DNA from: Azolla caroliniana
Taxonomy: Eukaryota; Plantae; Polypodiophyta
Length of the DNA: 64,000 nt
Direction: 5' to 3'
Assembly (NCBI GenBank): GCA_043228905.1
Contig: JBHGNT010000006.1
Location: 434,001 to 498,000 of the forward strand
Shown: one piece after another, positions 61,601-64,000 of the stretch
Layout of the letters: every line of letters begins with the position of its first letter
Position numbering within the stretch: the first letter of the stretch is position 1
Made by a program: the position numbers and the translations under genes
The notes under the pieces: generated by a model
Database searches by the model: none
The model's input: the letters and a program-made list of their open reading frames with translations, nothing else
Told to the model about the DNA's origin: nothing

Positions 61601-62423
61601 TTGCGTAAACCATAACGGAATTGCTCCATCAACGCTTGATCATCCCAAGGGATATCGGCGGCGAGTAGGCGAAAATCTACAGCGTATGCGGAGGCTGGAC
61701 TGTCACCTTGGCGTAATCGCCGAATTTTGTTGATTGCGGTCCTGATGCTGTCAGTATCTCCGAAACATGCTTTAAACTCACCTAGAAACTCTTCAAAATT
61801 GTTGAGTAACGAAGATTCCTTTTCTAATAGTGGAGCGAACCATGCCAACGTTGAGCCACTTAACAAAGTGCCTACTAAACCCACTCGTGATGCATCGGTG
61901 GGATATCGGGAAGGATGCATTTGAATAACTAATCGTACCTGGTTAAGGAACCCTCTAAACTGCGATCGCGTTCCATCGAACTTTGTGGGAAGGCCAATCT
62001 TGGGTGCTTTATGAATCCCTTGTGTTCCGGGCCCTTGTTGTTGCATCGCTACGATGGTGGTTTCGAGTTGTTGCACGCGTAACGCAAGTTCCCCATGCTG
62101 TTGTTGCGTTTGCTGCTTTTCTAAGGAGATTTGCTGAAGATCCCCCAGCAACCGTTGGTTTTGTTGTTCCAAAGCATGGAACTTCTCTTTCAAGCATTGA
62201 AATTCTGAAAAAACAGATTGATATTCTTCAGCGCTAACAGTGGCCATGGGATGAAAGAAAAGAGGAATAAGAGATTAGTAGGAAATGAGAGAGACAGAAG
62301 GTAGGAAAATCGGTTCAAACTGTCAGGAACAGTACTAAGACAGAGAAGGAATTAGTACTAAAAGAAGTATTAGTACTAAGAGAGGTGAAGAACTCTCGAG
62401 AGAAGGAAAGAGTGAGTGAGAGG

Positions 62424-62454
<31 letters not shown>

Positions 62455-62750
62455 TGATGATAAGAAAAGATATATATTATGTGAAGAAAATGTACAGTAG
62501 CTAGGAGGCTTAAGACTGGCGTTGAACCGATTTGGTTCGAAATAATGCCTTGTGCCTCCTTTTATAGTGTTCTAAGGAATACTCCTGAAGTTTCTAGAAT
62601 GTTCCAGAGAAATTTGGAATATACATCAATTTTCTATAATAAAATATAAATGAAAATAATATTCTACGTATTACAATGTATAGTCTAATGGTCAAGAGCT
62701 CGACCCATGTAGCATAAGGTCATGGGTTCGAGTCTTGCCATATCATGACA
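58620..62750 (-). mobile_element. Ty3/gypsy chromovirus (Tcn1/Tf1-like), internally deleted
   Basis: Near-identical LTRs 58620-59048 and 62321-62750 (TGTCA..TGACA). TSD GAGAG. Minus-strand PPT AAGGGGGGATAG at 59049-59060. Contains gag, RNase H, integrase and a chromodomain. Confidence 0.95.
59041..62247 (-). pseudogene. Chromovirus gag-pol lacking protease and the RT core: gag, RNase H, integrase, chromodomain
   Basis: gag PTKFDGTRSQFRGFL..PMEID..CLYCG joins directly to [20 protein letters not shown]. Then NYEIHDKELLAI, HHCC, IISDRGPQF, HPQTDGQ.ER, GPF, and EYEVAAILD..YLVDWLGY..TWEP. Confidence 0.92.
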
Positions 62751-62870
62751 GAGAGTGGGAGGGAGAGCTTGTAGAATGTATACTATATAGTGGATCATCT
62801 AAAACAGAGAGTGAGGGAGGGAGAGAGAGAGAGAGGGAGGTTTCCAAACTAGTTTCCAAGCCTAAACCTG

Positions 62871-64000
62871 TGTCGTGAAAATTTCATCACTACGTGCGGA
62901 TCGTGAGGCGGAACCGCCGGGGTTCTGGACCAGAAGGATTCGAAGTTTGCACTAGCTTTAGCGAGAAAGTATTTAAGATAGATTGAAAGAGAGAGATTGA
63001 GATAAGATAGAACGCTTGACTTTAGATGGAGATTAAGATAAGATCCCTTGACTTTAGATTTGAGGAACAAGATATATCATCAATTGGATAATGAATTTTC
63101 TTCTTATTAAATTCTTGATTAATACATCGCTCCCTTTTGATCTTTTTCATCAACTCTTTTATAGATGTCCCCATGCATATTATACATGTGAGGGTACAAG
63201 ATATGCATACAATGCATGGAATGCATGTGATGCATGTTTGCCATTAGGCGCTCATGCATTACATGTGACGCATGATAACCATGTCACTCATTCAAGCTCT
63301 AATATGAGAATTTACATGAAACCACATTTGAAAACCAAGGTACAAAAAAAATTCAGCAATCTTTTAAAGTATGTATATAAAAAAAAAAACCTTGTTTTTG
63401 CCAGATTTGGTAGACTGTTACAAAGGTTGTTTCGTTCCAAATAGTCATGATTCGCATAGATAGAAATATACTTAAGATTGAGATTTTTTCTAGCTGTACG
63501 ACTCAATCACCCCCACCAAAGCTGAGCCTTGTAAATCCTCTAAAAAAAAGGACAAATTTTTTGTTGGTAATTCCCCGAACTAATCCAAACTTTCCGTATA
63601 TATATATATATAGAAAAAACATTTCTAGAGAAATGACTTGGCTTAGTGGTAAGTTTATTGCCTCCTATCTTGGAGGTGTAAGGTTCAAGCCTTGCTTGCA
63701 TCCCTTTGTATACAAAATTTCACTAGGTTTTTTAGTCTAGATGATTTTGTTCGTTTCACACCGAAATTGTTGCAATCAACTTATCTGATCAATTCATCTA
63801 TCCGGTATGGTTTCGGTTTCGGTTCTGGTTCAACGTTGTCGCGTTATTACGCGCGTGCGTGTAGAATGAGGCGGGACCACGGGGGTCTTGGACCGAGGAA
63901 CAAGAGAGCAAGAGGGGAGCAAGAAAGACAACGACCGTGCTTCACGTACACACAAATACACAGAAACCGCAACCGATTGAAACAAGATGAATGTGTGTGT
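62871..64000 (-). mobile_element. LTR fragments related to the element at 18624-23065; continues past the window end
   Basis: TGTCGTGAAAAT.. at 62871 resembles 18624. PPT-like CACCCCCCACCAAA at ~63508. TGTCGCGTTATTACGCGCGTGCGTG..GGGGGTCTTGGAC at 63837 matches 22357. Confidence 0.65.

Noticed and set aside
62674-62745. Functional tRNA gene
   Set aside because: No convincing acceptor stem or anticodon arm, and it is duplicated as part of the LTRs. It is reported only as tRNA-like.

Overview
Eukaryotic, repeat-rich land-plant nuclear DNA. It is most likely from a non-seed plant such as a fern, inferred from the style of its PLS-PPR proteins and a Tcn1/Tf1-type chromovirus. Positions 1-~9161 hold the most unusual structure, apparently a large DNA transposon whose left end lies outside the window. 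It carries two divergent genes. On the minus strand is a six-exon, GT-AG spliced gene (5188->940, ~974 codons, two premature stops) fusing a ParB/sulfiredoxin-like domain to a prokaryotic-type beta-class amino (N6A/N4C) DNA methyltransferase. On the plus strand is a Cys-rich DDE/DDD-type transposase-like pseudogene (6026-8807). The first intron of the MTase gene contains ten 33-bp perfect palindromes at a 51-bp period, and their 18-bp spacers recur in inverted orientation. Positions 10376-33744 are one Ty1/copia element (TSD GTTGT) whose 3' LTR holds a nested stack: a LINE, two more copia families and a gag-only LTR element. Positions 35145-55310 are a host gene island with one LRR-III atypical receptor kinase and five PLS-class PPR genes (one pseudogene). 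Positions 56720-64000 contain LINE fragments, an internally deleted self-priming chromovirus with tRNA-like LTR ends, and further LTR fragments. All calls come from reading the sequence by eye; no database searches were run.
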